64,000 nt of DNA from Prochlorococcus sp. AG-363-P19. GTDB taxonomy: Bacteria; Cyanobacteriota; Cyanobacteriia; PCC-6307; Cyanobiaceae. How positions within the stretch are numbered: the stretch's first letter is position 1; each line of letters opens with the position of its first letter. A model generated the notes under the pieces. The model was not told where the DNA came from, made no database searches, and saw only the letters and a list, made by a program, of their open reading frames with translations. The position numbers were made by a program, and so were the translations under genes. Positions 1 through 10,785 of this stretch are shown piece by piece. The stretch is from contig QCGG01000008.1 of assembly GCA_003280055.1 (NCBI GenBank), positions 19,700 through 83,699 on the forward strand, in the 5' to 3' direction.

Positions 1-1
1 G

Positions 2-496
2 GATCCATATGGCTGTGGCATAGGTGGTTTCAAAAGAATAGAGTTTGAAAAAAATAATATTGTCAAGTTTAACTTCCTAAACACTGATCTTTTTCACCAC
101 TATGATTCCCACCTAGTTTTTACGGGAGTCACCAGAAACTCAGTAGATATACTCAAGGATATTTCGAATAATATTGATAACCTGCTCCCACTATTAGATA
201 CTTTACACCAAGCATATGAAGAATTAAACTCCTTTAACTACGATAAATTTTTAGAACTTATCAATATTTCATGGCAACAGAAGAAATCTACTTCTGATTC
301 TATTTTATCAAATAAGAAAGTTATAGATATAGATCAGGAACTTACAGACAACCCTACAGTTATTTCTCATAAACTTTGTGGGGCTGGTAATGGTGGTTTT
401 TTTCTTGTTTTTTCAAAGCCTGATTCCTTGAGAACCCAGCTTAAATCAGTTAAGATTTCTGTTGAAGCAAATGGTGTGTTAGGACGTTCTTTATGA
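2..496 (+). CDS. GHMP-family sugar kinase, C-terminal part (5' end outside window); heptose-7-phosphate 1-kinase (HddA)-like
   Basis: Frame 2 is open from the window edge to TGA 494-496. My translation ends ...ISHKLCGAGNGGFFLVFSKPDSL..., a GHMP motif-3-like stretch. Sits directly upstream of gmhA-like gene, with ATGA start/stop overlap. Confidence 0.55.
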   Translation, partial: DPYGCGIGGFKRIEFEKNNIVKFNFLNTDLFHHYDSHLVFTGVTRNSVDILKDISNNIDNLLPLLDTLHQAYEELNSFNYDKFLELINISWQQKKSTSDSILSNKKVIDIDQELTDNPTVISHKLCGAGNGGFFLVFSKPDSLRTQLKSVKISVEANGVLGRSL

Positions 497-999
497 AAAA
501 CCCCTTTGTTGATTATTTAGTTGCTTTACAAGAAGCACATCTAGAGGAAGAGTTTTTTAAATTTAAATCTGCTTGGAACAAATACAATAACATTATTGTC
601 CTAGGTAATGGAGGCAGCAACTCAGTCGCCTCTCATGTCTCTCAAGACTACGTCAAATTCCATAAAAAGAAATCGTTAGTCTTCTCTGATCCTTCTATGC
701 TTACTTGTTTTATCAATGACTTTGGAATGGAAAATGCCTACAAGCAGTTTCTAGAATACTTTGCAGATAATTCAACACTATGCATATTAATCAGCTCCGG
801 AGGAGAATCAAAAAATATAATTAATTGCATCCAATATTGTGAACGAATGAAAATTCCATATGGCATCCTTACCGGATTCAACCCTAATAATACAGCACGT
901 AAAACCGCCTTAAGTTCACTATGGAACTATCACATAAACAGTGTAAACTATGGTATTGTTGAGTGTATTCACCAAATTTTCTTACATGGGGTGGTATGA
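493..999 (+). CDS. gmhA: SIS-domain phosphoheptose (sedoheptulose-7-P) isomerase-like protein
   Basis: GNGGSNSVASHVSQD and ILISSGGESKNI motifs are typical of GmhA/SIS. Context is heptose-pathway genes. Confidence 0.7.
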   Translation: MKNPFVDYLVALQEAHLEEEFFKFKSAWNKYNNIIVLGNGGSNSVASHVSQDYVKFHKKKSLVFSDPSMLTCFINDFGMENAYKQFLEYFADNSTLCILISSGGESKNIINCIQYCERMKIPYGILTGFNPNNTARKTALSSLWNYHINSVNYGIVECIHQIFLHGVV

Positions 1000-1724
1000 G
1001 ATATTGTTTCGATATCGATGGCACTATATTTACCACACCATTAGATTTAGACGGCAAACCAAATTATAATAATTCTCAACCAATACCTTTTATGAGAGAT
1101 CGAGTAAATGCACTTTATGAACAAGGTCATTATATTATATTTTTCACAGCTCGTGGAAAGAGTACAGGTATTGATTGGACAGATATAACTGCCAATCAAT
1201 TAAAAAGATGGAACTTCAAATACCACGAATTATTCCCAATGTTTTGTAAACCTACTGCAGACATATTTGTTGATGATAAAGGAATAAATGTTAATGAATG
1301 GATAAAAACTCAACCTATTAAGAAAGGTATTATTGCAGGAGCTTTTGATTTAATCCACCCTGGTTATATACGCATGTTTAAGCATGCCAAGAGTCATTGC
1401 AACCATCTTACGGTTGCATTGCACAACGACCCCACTACAGAACGATCTAACAAACTTAGACCAATCCATTCTTTAGCTGAAAGAATAGAAATTCTCCAAT
1501 CGGTAAAATATATTGACCATATATTTTCCTACAATATAGAAATAGAATTTCTCTCGGCTCTCCAAGATTATAATGTCCGTTTTCTAGGGACTGATTATTC
1601 AGATGGCTCATATACTGGCAAAGATAGTCCTATTGAAATTGTATGGATTGATAGAAACCATACTTATTCCACCACCGCTTTAAAAAAGAAAATTTTCAGT
1701 GAATTTTCTAACAAGCATACATAA
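996..1724 (+). CDS. Fusion protein: HAD-superfamily phosphatase (N-terminal) and cytidylyltransferase-fold nucleotidyltransferase (C-terminal)
   Basis: HAD motifs are FDIDGTI (I), FFTAR (II) and CKP...FVDDK (III/IV). C-terminal half has GAFDLIHPGYI (HxGH-type motif, second His replaced by Tyr) and RNHTYSTT (RxxGISTT-like). Start chosen at ATG 996, which overlaps the gmhA stop as ATGA. The ORF-track start 963 is less likely. Confidence 0.6.
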   Translation: MRYCFDIDGTIFTTPLDLDGKPNYNNSQPIPFMRDRVNALYEQGHYIIFFTARGKSTGIDWTDITANQLKRWNFKYHELFPMFCKPTADIFVDDKGINVNEWIKTQPIKKGIIAGAFDLIHPGYIRMFKHAKSHCNHLTVALHNDPTTERSNKLRPIHSLAERIEILQSVKYIDHIFSYNIEIEFLSALQDYNVRFLGTDYSDGSYTGKDSPIEIVWIDRNHTYSTTALKKKIFSEFSNKHT

Positions 1725-1797
1725 TCTCTAACTTGTACTATTTTCTTTACCCGTATTATAATTATTACTATTATTTCGTCTACCTCTGTTTCCTATT

Positions 1798-2694
1798 ATG
1801 TTTAAAAGCCTTGTAACCGGTGGAGCTGGATTTATAGGTTCTCATATAGTGGATAAACTTTTATTCAATGGTCACAAAGTTATTTGTTTAGATAATGAAT
1901 TTGCAGATAATGATCAATTTTATTGGAACCAATCAGCTCAAAATGTTAAAGGTGATATTCGAGATTCTACTTTGTTGAATTCCCTTTTAGAAGGAGTTGA
2001 TTACGTTTTTCACTGTGCAGCAGAATCTAGGATTGGTCCAGCGATAGAAAATCCTTTAAATACTTTTGATATCAATATTATGGGTACTGCTAATTTACTA
2101 CAGTGCTCTAGGGAAGCAGGTGTAAAACGATTAATATTTTCCTCTACTTCTTCGGCATATGGACTAAATAAGGTACCTAATGTAGAGTCCCAACCGGAGG
2201 ATTGTTTGAACCCCTATTCAGTCTCTAAAGTTTCAGCGGAGAAGATCTGCACCCTTTATACTCAACTTTACGGACTTCAAACAATTATATTTCGCTATTT
2301 CAATGTTTACGGGGAAAGAGCTCCCAAGAAAGGCCAGTATTGTCCTGTTATAGGGATATTTCTCCGTCAGAGAGCTGCTGGTCAATCACTAACCATTGTA
2401 GGAGATGGTAAACAAAGGAGAGATTTTGTTTATGTTGGAGATGTAGCAAATGCAAACTTTTTAGCCGCAACAACTATTATTCCCAATCATATGTTTGGTC
2501 AGGTTTATAATGTAGGTCAAGGTTATAATATCTCAATAAATGATATCGCTAAATTGATTTCAGATGATCATATCTATATCCCTTCCAGGGAAGGAGAAGC
2601 CTTTGAGAATCTAGCAGATAATACAAAGCTAAAAACTACCTTTTCCTGGAAGCCAACCATAACTGTTCAACAATGGATTAATAACCAAAGTTGA
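1798..2694 (+). CDS. NAD-dependent sugar epimerase/dehydratase (extended SDR)
   Basis: VTGGAGFIGSH Rossmann motif and YSVSK catalytic YxxxK. Confidence 0.85.
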   Translation: MFKSLVTGGAGFIGSHIVDKLLFNGHKVICLDNEFADNDQFYWNQSAQNVKGDIRDSTLLNSLLEGVDYVFHCAAESRIGPAIENPLNTFDINIMGTANLLQCSREAGVKRLIFSSTSSAYGLNKVPNVESQPEDCLNPYSVSKVSAEKICTLYTQLYGLQTIIFRYFNVYGERAPKKGQYCPVIGIFLRQRAAGQSLTIVGDGKQRRDFVYVGDVANANFLAATTIIPNHMFGQVYNVGQGYNISINDIAKLISDDHIYIPSREGEAFENLADNTKLKTTFSWKPTITVQQWINNQS

Positions 2695-2758
2695 TCGATA
2701 CATTTTTAAACTAATAGAAGTTCTATTTCCCAACCTCTTACATAGCCACAGAATCTGG

Positions 2759-3703
2759 TTATAATTTCTTTTTCCATATCATATACTTGTAAGTACTCAT
2801 TAATGAATTTAATAGATAAGAGCTATACTTCAAGTATAATTGAACCCTGATCCAGCTAAGTGTGAATCTATTTGTTAGTTTATGATACCTACTCATTATT
2901 TTTAATAAAAAGAGATAGTCACCAGCTACGAAACCACTCATTTCTTTTATATCTCTTTTGAGTTTTCCAATACTAAGAATATGGATCAAGTCTTCCTGTG
3001 AATCACTTATGTATCTCAACGCTACTTTAAGTCTTGCTTTTGGTACAAGACTACCTTTTGCTATAGTTAGCGAATTGCTGTTGATCCTTAAATAATATAA
3101 GGCATCCCTGCAATTAGTAAATTTCACTCCATCCCTAGCCATTATTGTCCAAAGTGTATAGTCTTCAACTTCACTATTCCCACCTTTACCATATAAGTAC
3201 TCTTTGAGAATTTTTGCTTTTGCAAGTACGCTTCCATGGCAAAAAGGAACAGATGTAGCAAGTCTTACTAAGATTTCTCTGTTGTCGGATGGAACTTCAA
3301 AATGTCTTTTAAGATAAGAACTATCATCAATCACAAAAAAAGAACAACCAGTAATATCCGCTTTTTTTGATTTGAGTCTTTTAATTTGCCTTTCGATCCT
3401 TTCTTTATGACTTATATCATCAGCATCCATTCTGGCTATATACTTTCCATTGGCCATTCCTATACCAAATCTTAGTGTTTCAATTAACCCTTTATGCTCC
3501 CTCTGGAATAACTTAATTCTTCTATCACTTTTGCCTGTTTCCTTTATTAACTTTACAGTATCATCTGTGGAACCATCATCGATTACCAGTATTTCTAGAT
3601 TCTGGTGTGTTTGTTTTATAAGTGAATTAAGTGATTCTTTAATATAGTCTACTCCATTGAAAACTGGTAAAACTATAGATACAAGCTCACCTTGATTATT
3701 CAT
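2759..3703 (-). CDS. Family 2 glycosyltransferase
   Basis: VSIVLPVFNG...ILVIDDGSTDDT and ARMDADD (DxD) motifs. Confidence 0.85.
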   Translation of the reverse strand: MNNQGELVSIVLPVFNGVDYIKESLNSLIKQTHQNLEILVIDDGSTDDTVKLIKETGKSDRRIKLFQREHKGLIETLRFGIGMANGKYIARMDADDISHKERIERQIKRLKSKKADITGCSFFVIDDSSYLKRHFEVPSDNREILVRLATSVPFCHGSVLAKAKILKEYLYGKGGNSEVEDYTLWTIMARDGVKFTNCRDALYYLRINSNSLTIAKGSLVPKARLKVALRYISDSQEDLIHILSIGKLKRDIKEMSGFVAGDYLFLLKIMSRYHKLTNRFTLSWIRVQLYLKYSSYLLNSLMSTYKYMIWKKKL

Positions 3704-3995
3704 TGGTTAAAAGTATTATCAACTATTTTTATTTTAATCGTATCTATCAGTAAACGCTAAAATTTCTTATTAATTTCTGAAATTACTACAAACTTTACTC
3801 ATTTCTCTCATTGCTTTTTCTAGAAATTACTATTTTCTAGCTCCCCCTACCTGGTTTCTTCTTTGTTCGTTCTAATGCTTAACCTGTTGTTTGATTTACA
3901 ATGTTTTACTACAAGCCAGCTTAACTTTTTGCTATAAGCTCTTTATTGTCTTTGATTTACAGCTATTTTGCCTAATCTAATCACAATCAATCTGG

Positions 3996-5246
3996 GTGAT
4001 TCACTACATGACCGCAAAGAATTCTACGGAACTCCCTAAAAATATAGCTTTAGTTCACGAATGGTTCTCACCTAGGTCTACTGGTGGTGCAGAGAAGGTG
4101 GTTGAGTATATCGATCAATTACTAGTTTCTCTTGATCGTCAACCACAATTGTTTTCTTTAGTTGATGGTTTAAGTCAACAGAATAATTCTTGGCTTACAG
4201 GGCGTTCTATTAGAACTAGTTTTATACAGAACCTGCCTTGGGGTTGTTCCCACGTACAACAATATTTGCCACTTCTCCCATACGCAATAGAACAGTTAGA
4301 TGTTTCTGACTATTCGTTAGTTCTTAGTAGCAGTCACCTTGTAGCGAAGGGTATTTTAACTTCGCCTGATCAATTGCACATTAGTTATGTCCACACCCCA
4401 GCGCGCTATGCGTGGGATCAGATGAATGAATATCTACGCCGATCTGCACTGGCGCGTAGTGGATTAGAACCAATTATTCGTGTCCTTTTACATAGTCTCC
4501 GTAAATGGGACCAACTAAGCGGAGATCGTGTTGATTTTCTTTTAGCTAACTCTCGCTTCACGGCCAGAAGAATAGAAAGCTTTTGGGGCAAAGACTCTCA
4601 AGTTCTTCACCCTCCAGTAGAAGTAGATCGTTTTATTTGGGAGAGAGATAGAACAGAACAATATCTTTGTATATGCAGATTGGTCCCTTATAAAAGAGTA
4701 GATCTTGTGATTCAAGCTTTTAATCGCTTGCAGCTTCCATTAATAGTTGTTGGGGAAGGGCCCGAAAGAAAATTTCTTGAGGAATTGGCAGGACCTACGG
4801 TAACTCTTCTTGGTAGGCAAGATGACTCACAGGTTCAGACATTGATGGCAACTTGTAGGGCGTTTGTTTATGCAGGTTTAGAGGATTTTGGAATTGCTCC
4901 TGTCGAGGCAATGGCTTCAGGTGCTCCTGTAATAGGTTATGGACGGGGAGGTTTGCTTGATACCGTTAGATGTGTCACCACCAGTGTTAAAGCGCCCACG
5001 GGAGTTCTTTTTTCAGAGCAAACTGTGGAATCAATTTGTGAGGTAGTAAATTGGTTTGAGGAAGATTCAATTTGGAAAAGATTTTCATCTGAATCATTAC
5101 GCCTTTGGGCAGAAAATTTCAGGCCAGAGGCTTTTAGCTCACGACTCGAGGAGATTTTGTGTAATGCCTGGTCCAATCACCAGCAAGTTTGTGCGATCAC
5201 TAAAGAGGATCCTGCTAATCAATTTGATTACCTTTATGGAGATTGA
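3996..5246 (+). CDS. GT-B (family 4-like) glycosyltransferase
   Basis: C-terminal EDFGIAPVEAMASGAPVIG (E-x7-E region). GTG start at 3996, with an alternative ATG at 4008. Confidence 0.8.
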   Translation: MIHYMTAKNSTELPKNIALVHEWFSPRSTGGAEKVVEYIDQLLVSLDRQPQLFSLVDGLSQQNNSWLTGRSIRTSFIQNLPWGCSHVQQYLPLLPYAIEQLDVSDYSLVLSSSHLVAKGILTSPDQLHISYVHTPARYAWDQMNEYLRRSALARSGLEPIIRVLLHSLRKWDQLSGDRVDFLLANSRFTARRIESFWGKDSQVLHPPVEVDRFIWERDRTEQYLCICRLVPYKRVDLVIQAFNRLQLPLIVVGEGPERKFLEELAGPTVTLLGRQDDSQVQTLMATCRAFVYAGLEDFGIAPVEAMASGAPVIGYGRGGLLDTVRCVTTSVKAPTGVLFSEQTVESICEVVNWFEEDSIWKRFSSESLRLWAENFRPEAFSSRLEEILCNAWSNHQQVCAITKEDPANQFDYLYGD

Positions 5247-5364
5247 AATGCAAGATTGATTTAAAAGGACCAATTTGCATTTAATGTTATTTGTATAAAG
5301 GAGCTTCTTCTTGTGGCTTCCTTCTGTCAATTGGTTGAACCCTTAACTAAACTTCCAGATCACC

Positions 5365-6012
5365 TTGAGTCTTTACAGCAGAAATCAAATTTTTCTTGGC
5401 AGATTTTTAAAGAGATCTGGGGACTTGCTCTTCTCAATTTTGGTACTAACTATTGGATTACCACTTTTCTTGTTGATAGCTTTCTTGGTGGTTGTTAGTT
5501 CACCTGGTCCTGTTTTCTATATTCAAACTAGAGTAGGTCGGAATTATCAAAGTTTTGGATGTATCAAATTCCGTACAATGCGCCCGGATGCGGATGAGGA
5601 ATTGTCAGTTGTTTTAGAAAAATCACCCAAACTAAGAAAAGAGTTTGAGCGAGATTTTAAACTCCGTGATGATCCAAGAATTACACCAATTGGTAGATTT
5701 TTAAGGAGGTCTAGCCTAGATGAATTACCTCAATTTATAAATGTTATTAGAGGAGAGATGAGTGTTGTTGGACCTAGACCGATTGTAGAGAAAGAACTAG
5801 AAAGATATGGAGCCTTTATGCAAGAAGTTGCTTCAGTTAGGCCAGGACTTACTGGCTTGTGGCAAGTTAGTGGAAGAAATAACTTGACATATAATGAGCG
5901 AGTCCGACTAGATCTTAAATATGCAAGAAATAGATCATTCTTTTTGGATTTGAATATTATTTTTAAGACGTTTGGTGTGCTTTTGCTTCCAGTTGATAGA
6001 GGTGCTTATTAA
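5365..6012 (+). CDS. Polyprenyl-phosphate sugar-phosphate transferase (bacterial sugar transferase family, small PglC/WcaJ C-terminal type)
   Basis: DELPQFINVIRGEMSVVGPRP and PGLTGLWQVSGRN signature. One N-terminal hydrophobic segment. TTG start per the track. Confidence 0.85.
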   Translation: MSLYSRNQIFLGRFLKRSGDLLFSILVLTIGLPLFLLIAFLVVVSSPGPVFYIQTRVGRNYQSFGCIKFRTMRPDADEELSVVLEKSPKLRKEFERDFKLRDDPRITPIGRFLRRSSLDELPQFINVIRGEMSVVGPRPIVEKELERYGAFMQEVASVRPGLTGLWQVSGRNNLTYNERVRLDLKYARNRSFFLDLNIIFKTFGVLLLPVDRGAY

Positions 6013-6021
6013 GTCTACAGT

Positions 6022-8030
<2,009 letters not shown>

Positions 8031-8179
8031 CTATTTAATTAAGAGGTATTTAACTGATGAGCTTACGCAAGCAGGCTCATGGCGAGGCAAACTTTTTCTT
8101 ATTAATCAGATAAATTGATTTTTCGATTATCACTCTGACTGCGCAGAATGCCCTGCATTCCCTAGCGGGGCAGTTACTT

Positions 8180-8782
8180 TCAGGCCTCGTTTGGATGAGA
8201 GATCACCCTATCAATAAGTCCATATCCTTTAGCTTCTTCAGCGCTTAGAAAGTAGTCCCGGTCAGTATCTTTTTCTACCTTTTCAAAAGTTTGTCCTGTC
8301 AAGTTAGCTAAAGAGTGGTTGAGCATCTGTTTGATTCGTAGGATTTCTTTCGCTTCTATTTCAATGTCGCTTGCTTGCCGTTGGCTGGTGCCACCTAATG
8401 GTTGGTGAATCATGATCCGACTATGAGGCAATGCTACACGTTTCCCTTTAGTCCCAGCTGCCAAGAGGAAGGCACCCATAGAGGCAGCAAGTCCAACGCA
8501 AATGGTGACCACATCACTTTTGACATATTGCATTGTGTCGAATATGGCTAAGCCTGCGCTAACTGATCCTCCTGGGGAGTTGATATACAAATATATGGGC
8601 TTACCACTATCTTCTGAGTCCAAATAAAGCATTTGGGCGACAAGGCTGTTAGCTACTCCATCATTCACTTCTTGCCCTAGGAAAAGGATTCTTTCTGCGC
8701 CAAGCCTTGTGTAAATATCAACCCACCGCTCCATTTGGCTGCCAGGTAGACGGTATGGAACACTTGGAGTACCAATTGGCAT
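8180..8782 (-). CDS. clpP: ATP-dependent Clp protease proteolytic subunit (ClpP3-type partner of ClpR)
   Basis: Catalytic residues are present: GLAASMGAF (Ser), IMIHQP (His), DTDRDYF (Asp). Confidence 0.95.
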   Translation of the reverse strand: MPIGTPSVPYRLPGSQMERWVDIYTRLGAERILFLGQEVNDGVANSLVAQMLYLDSEDSGKPIYLYINSPGGSVSAGLAIFDTMQYVKSDVVTICVGLAASMGAFLLAAGTKGKRVALPHSRIMIHQPLGGTSQRQASDIEIEAKEILRIKQMLNHSLANLTGQTFEKVEKDTDRDYFLSAEEAKGYGLIDRVISHPNEA

Positions 8783-8866
8783 GGTGATTAATGAAGTGAA
8801 GAAAAAGTAGGAGCTTTTGTTCTTGAAGGTTATTTCAAGGGTCTGTTTTTGTTATGAACCCTTTGG

Positions 8867-9538
8867 TTAGCTAATAGGAGCTGAAACAGGCAATTCTTTT
8901 CGGCTTTTTAGAACTCGATCTATCAGTCCAAAATCTACTGCCTGGGTAGGGGTAAGGTAACTCATTCGATCTGAATCTGCTGAGAGTTGCTCGACTGATC
9001 GACCAGTGTTTTTGGATAGTATTTCCAGCATGGTTTTTTTGTTGTGAAGTACTTCTTTTGCACGAATTTGAATATCAGTTGCTTGGCCTTGAGCTCCACT
9101 ACGTGGTTGATGGAGAACAATTGAGGCATGGGGGAGAGAGGCCCTTTGACCTTTAGCACCGGCTGAAAGTATTACTGCAGCAGACCCCATGGCTTGACCG
9201 ATGCAAATTGTGTGAACAGGAGGCTTTATGTAACTAAGGGTGTCACAGATAGCAAAAGCCTCTGTCTCGAATCCAATCGCATCTCCTGTATACCAACTCG
9301 TACCTGTCGAATTTATATAGAAATAGATTGGTTTCTCGGGGTTGTCAAATTCCAGATAAAGCAGCTGAGCGATTATGAGTTCAGTCACATCCATTCCCAG
9401 TTGACGCTTGGCATCATCATCAGAGAACAAAGGAAGCCCCAAATAGACGATTCTCTCCTTCAACAGCAGTGAGGGAAGATCGGGTGGGGGTGTGCGCATT
9501 ACAGCGGAATCGCTGTAGTAAGGAGCGGATACCGTCAT
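8867..9538 (-). CDS. clpR: ClpR, non-catalytic ClpP paralogue
   Basis: ClpP fold, but the Ser position reads GQAMGSAA (Gly at the Ser site) and the Asp position reads SDRMSY. Lies immediately upstream of clpP, as in the cyanobacterial clpR-clpP3 operon. Confidence 0.85.
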   Translation of the reverse strand: MTVSAPYYSDSAVMRTPPPDLPSLLLKERIVYLGLPLFSDDDAKRQLGMDVTELIIAQLLYLEFDNPEKPIYFYINSTGTSWYTGDAIGFETEAFAICDTLSYIKPPVHTICIGQAMGSAAVILSAGAKGQRASLPHASIVLHQPRSGAQGQATDIQIRAKEVLHNKKTMLEILSKNTGRSVEQLSADSDRMSYLTPTQAVDFGLIDRVLKSRKELPVSAPIS

Positions 9539-9566
9539 ATCAGCAAATCATTAAGTGACATTGAGC

Positions 9567-10688
9567 CTAGCTGGATTTGGTAGGTCTTTGTTGATTATTT
9601 TTGAGGGATTTATCTGCTTGATGCTCTTTCTCGAGTCGGCCAAAGATCATCCGGCCAGTTGAGGACTGCAATGCACCAGTTATAACCACATCTAATCTTT
9701 GACCAATTACATCACTCCCTTTTTCGATCACAACCATTGTTCCATCATCTAAATAACCTATCCCTTGGTCTTGCTCTTTTCCTTCTCGAACAATTTTTAT
9801 CAGAATCTTCTCACCTGGTTGAACTTCTGGTCGCAGTGCGATAACAAGTTCGCTTAAATTCAAAATCTTTAATTTTTTAACTTGAGCAATTTGGGCAAGA
9901 TTGTAGTCGGCAGTAATTAGTATTCCACCTGTATCAGCGGTTAGTTTTAGCAGCTTTTCATCTGTCCCCTCTCCTTCATATTTTGTGCTATTTATTACAA
10001 TACGACGATCTAATGATTCTCTTAGCTCAGTCAGTAAACGTAGACCCCTTCTGCCCTTTGCTCGTTTCTCATGGTTATTTGAATCTGCTAATTGCTGCAA
10101 CTCATCAAGAACAGCCTGCGCAACAATTATCTTTCCTTCAACCATTCCATAAGATAAAAGGCCTTTAATTCTTCCATCGATAATTACACTTGTATCTAAA
10201 ATTTTTGCACTTGCTGGAGTTAGAATTCCTTCTGCAACTAATAATGCTTCAGTGCTATTGGGATTAAATAATCTAAGAAGTGTTCTGCCATGGACATCAG
10301 CTAAGTTATAGCCAAGTACTCCAAAGAAGATATTGCTTAAAACTGCTGCTAGGGGCTTCAGCAAAATCACCTCAAAGGGGAGTGGCAGAAGAAGAACCGG
10401 TGCGAGAACGAGATTTGCTACAAGAAGTCCAAGAATCAGTCCAATAGCTCTACTTACTAAAAGATCAGTAGGCATTGTGCGGATTTGCCGCATTAACCTT
10501 TTGCGGAGAAATTGAAATAACAGCCCAGCCATTAGGCCTAAAGAACTTCCTGATCCAGCAAGGATGTATTTAGCATTTGCAACTTCTTCAATTGTTTTCA
10601 AAATGTTCTCTGGTACCAGATTTATTCCCAGCCAGCTAGTTAAAGCACCGGAAAGTACGAATAGAACCAGAATTAGAAGGTCAACCAT
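9567..10688 (-). CDS. Membrane-anchored PIN/TRAM domain protein (YacL-like)
   Basis: N-terminal TM segments, PIN-like ILDTSVIIDGRI, and a C-terminal TRAM-like beta region. Confidence 0.7.
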   Translation of the reverse strand: MVDLLILVLFVLSGALTSWLGINLVPENILKTIEEVANAKYILAGSGSSLGLMAGLLFQFLRKRLMRQIRTMPTDLLVSRAIGLILGLLVANLVLAPVLLLPLPFEVILLKPLAAVLSNIFFGVLGYNLADVHGRTLLRLFNPNSTEALLVAEGILTPASAKILDTSVIIDGRIKGLLSYGMVEGKIIVAQAVLDELQQLADSNNHEKRAKGRRGLRLLTELRESLDRRIVINSTKYEGEGTDEKLLKLTADTGGILITADYNLAQIAQVKKLKILNLSELVIALRPEVQPGEKILIKIVREGKEQDQGIGYLDDGTMVVIEKGSDVIGQRLDVVITGALQSSTGRMIFGRLEKEHQADKSLKNNQQRPTKSS

Positions 10689-10785
10689 TAGATCAATATT
10701 TGGAGCTTCTTGATCTACTTATGCAGCATGGTTGCTCATGACTGCCTTGGAGTGGTTTGATTTCAGAATGAAGGTCAATTGATTC

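Noticed and set aside
1-6. GGATCC (BamHI site) exactly at the window start
   Set aside because: It is most likely coincidence or a windowing or cloning boundary, and it has no biological implication that can be tested here.
8031-8179. Short hairpins (GAATGC-CCT-GCATTC and TGAGC...GCTCA) between clpP and ilvC, as a possible sRNA or attenuator
   Set aside because: The stems are only 5-6 bp with no adjacent U-tract. They are consistent with an ordinary intergenic spacer, and I cannot support a call.
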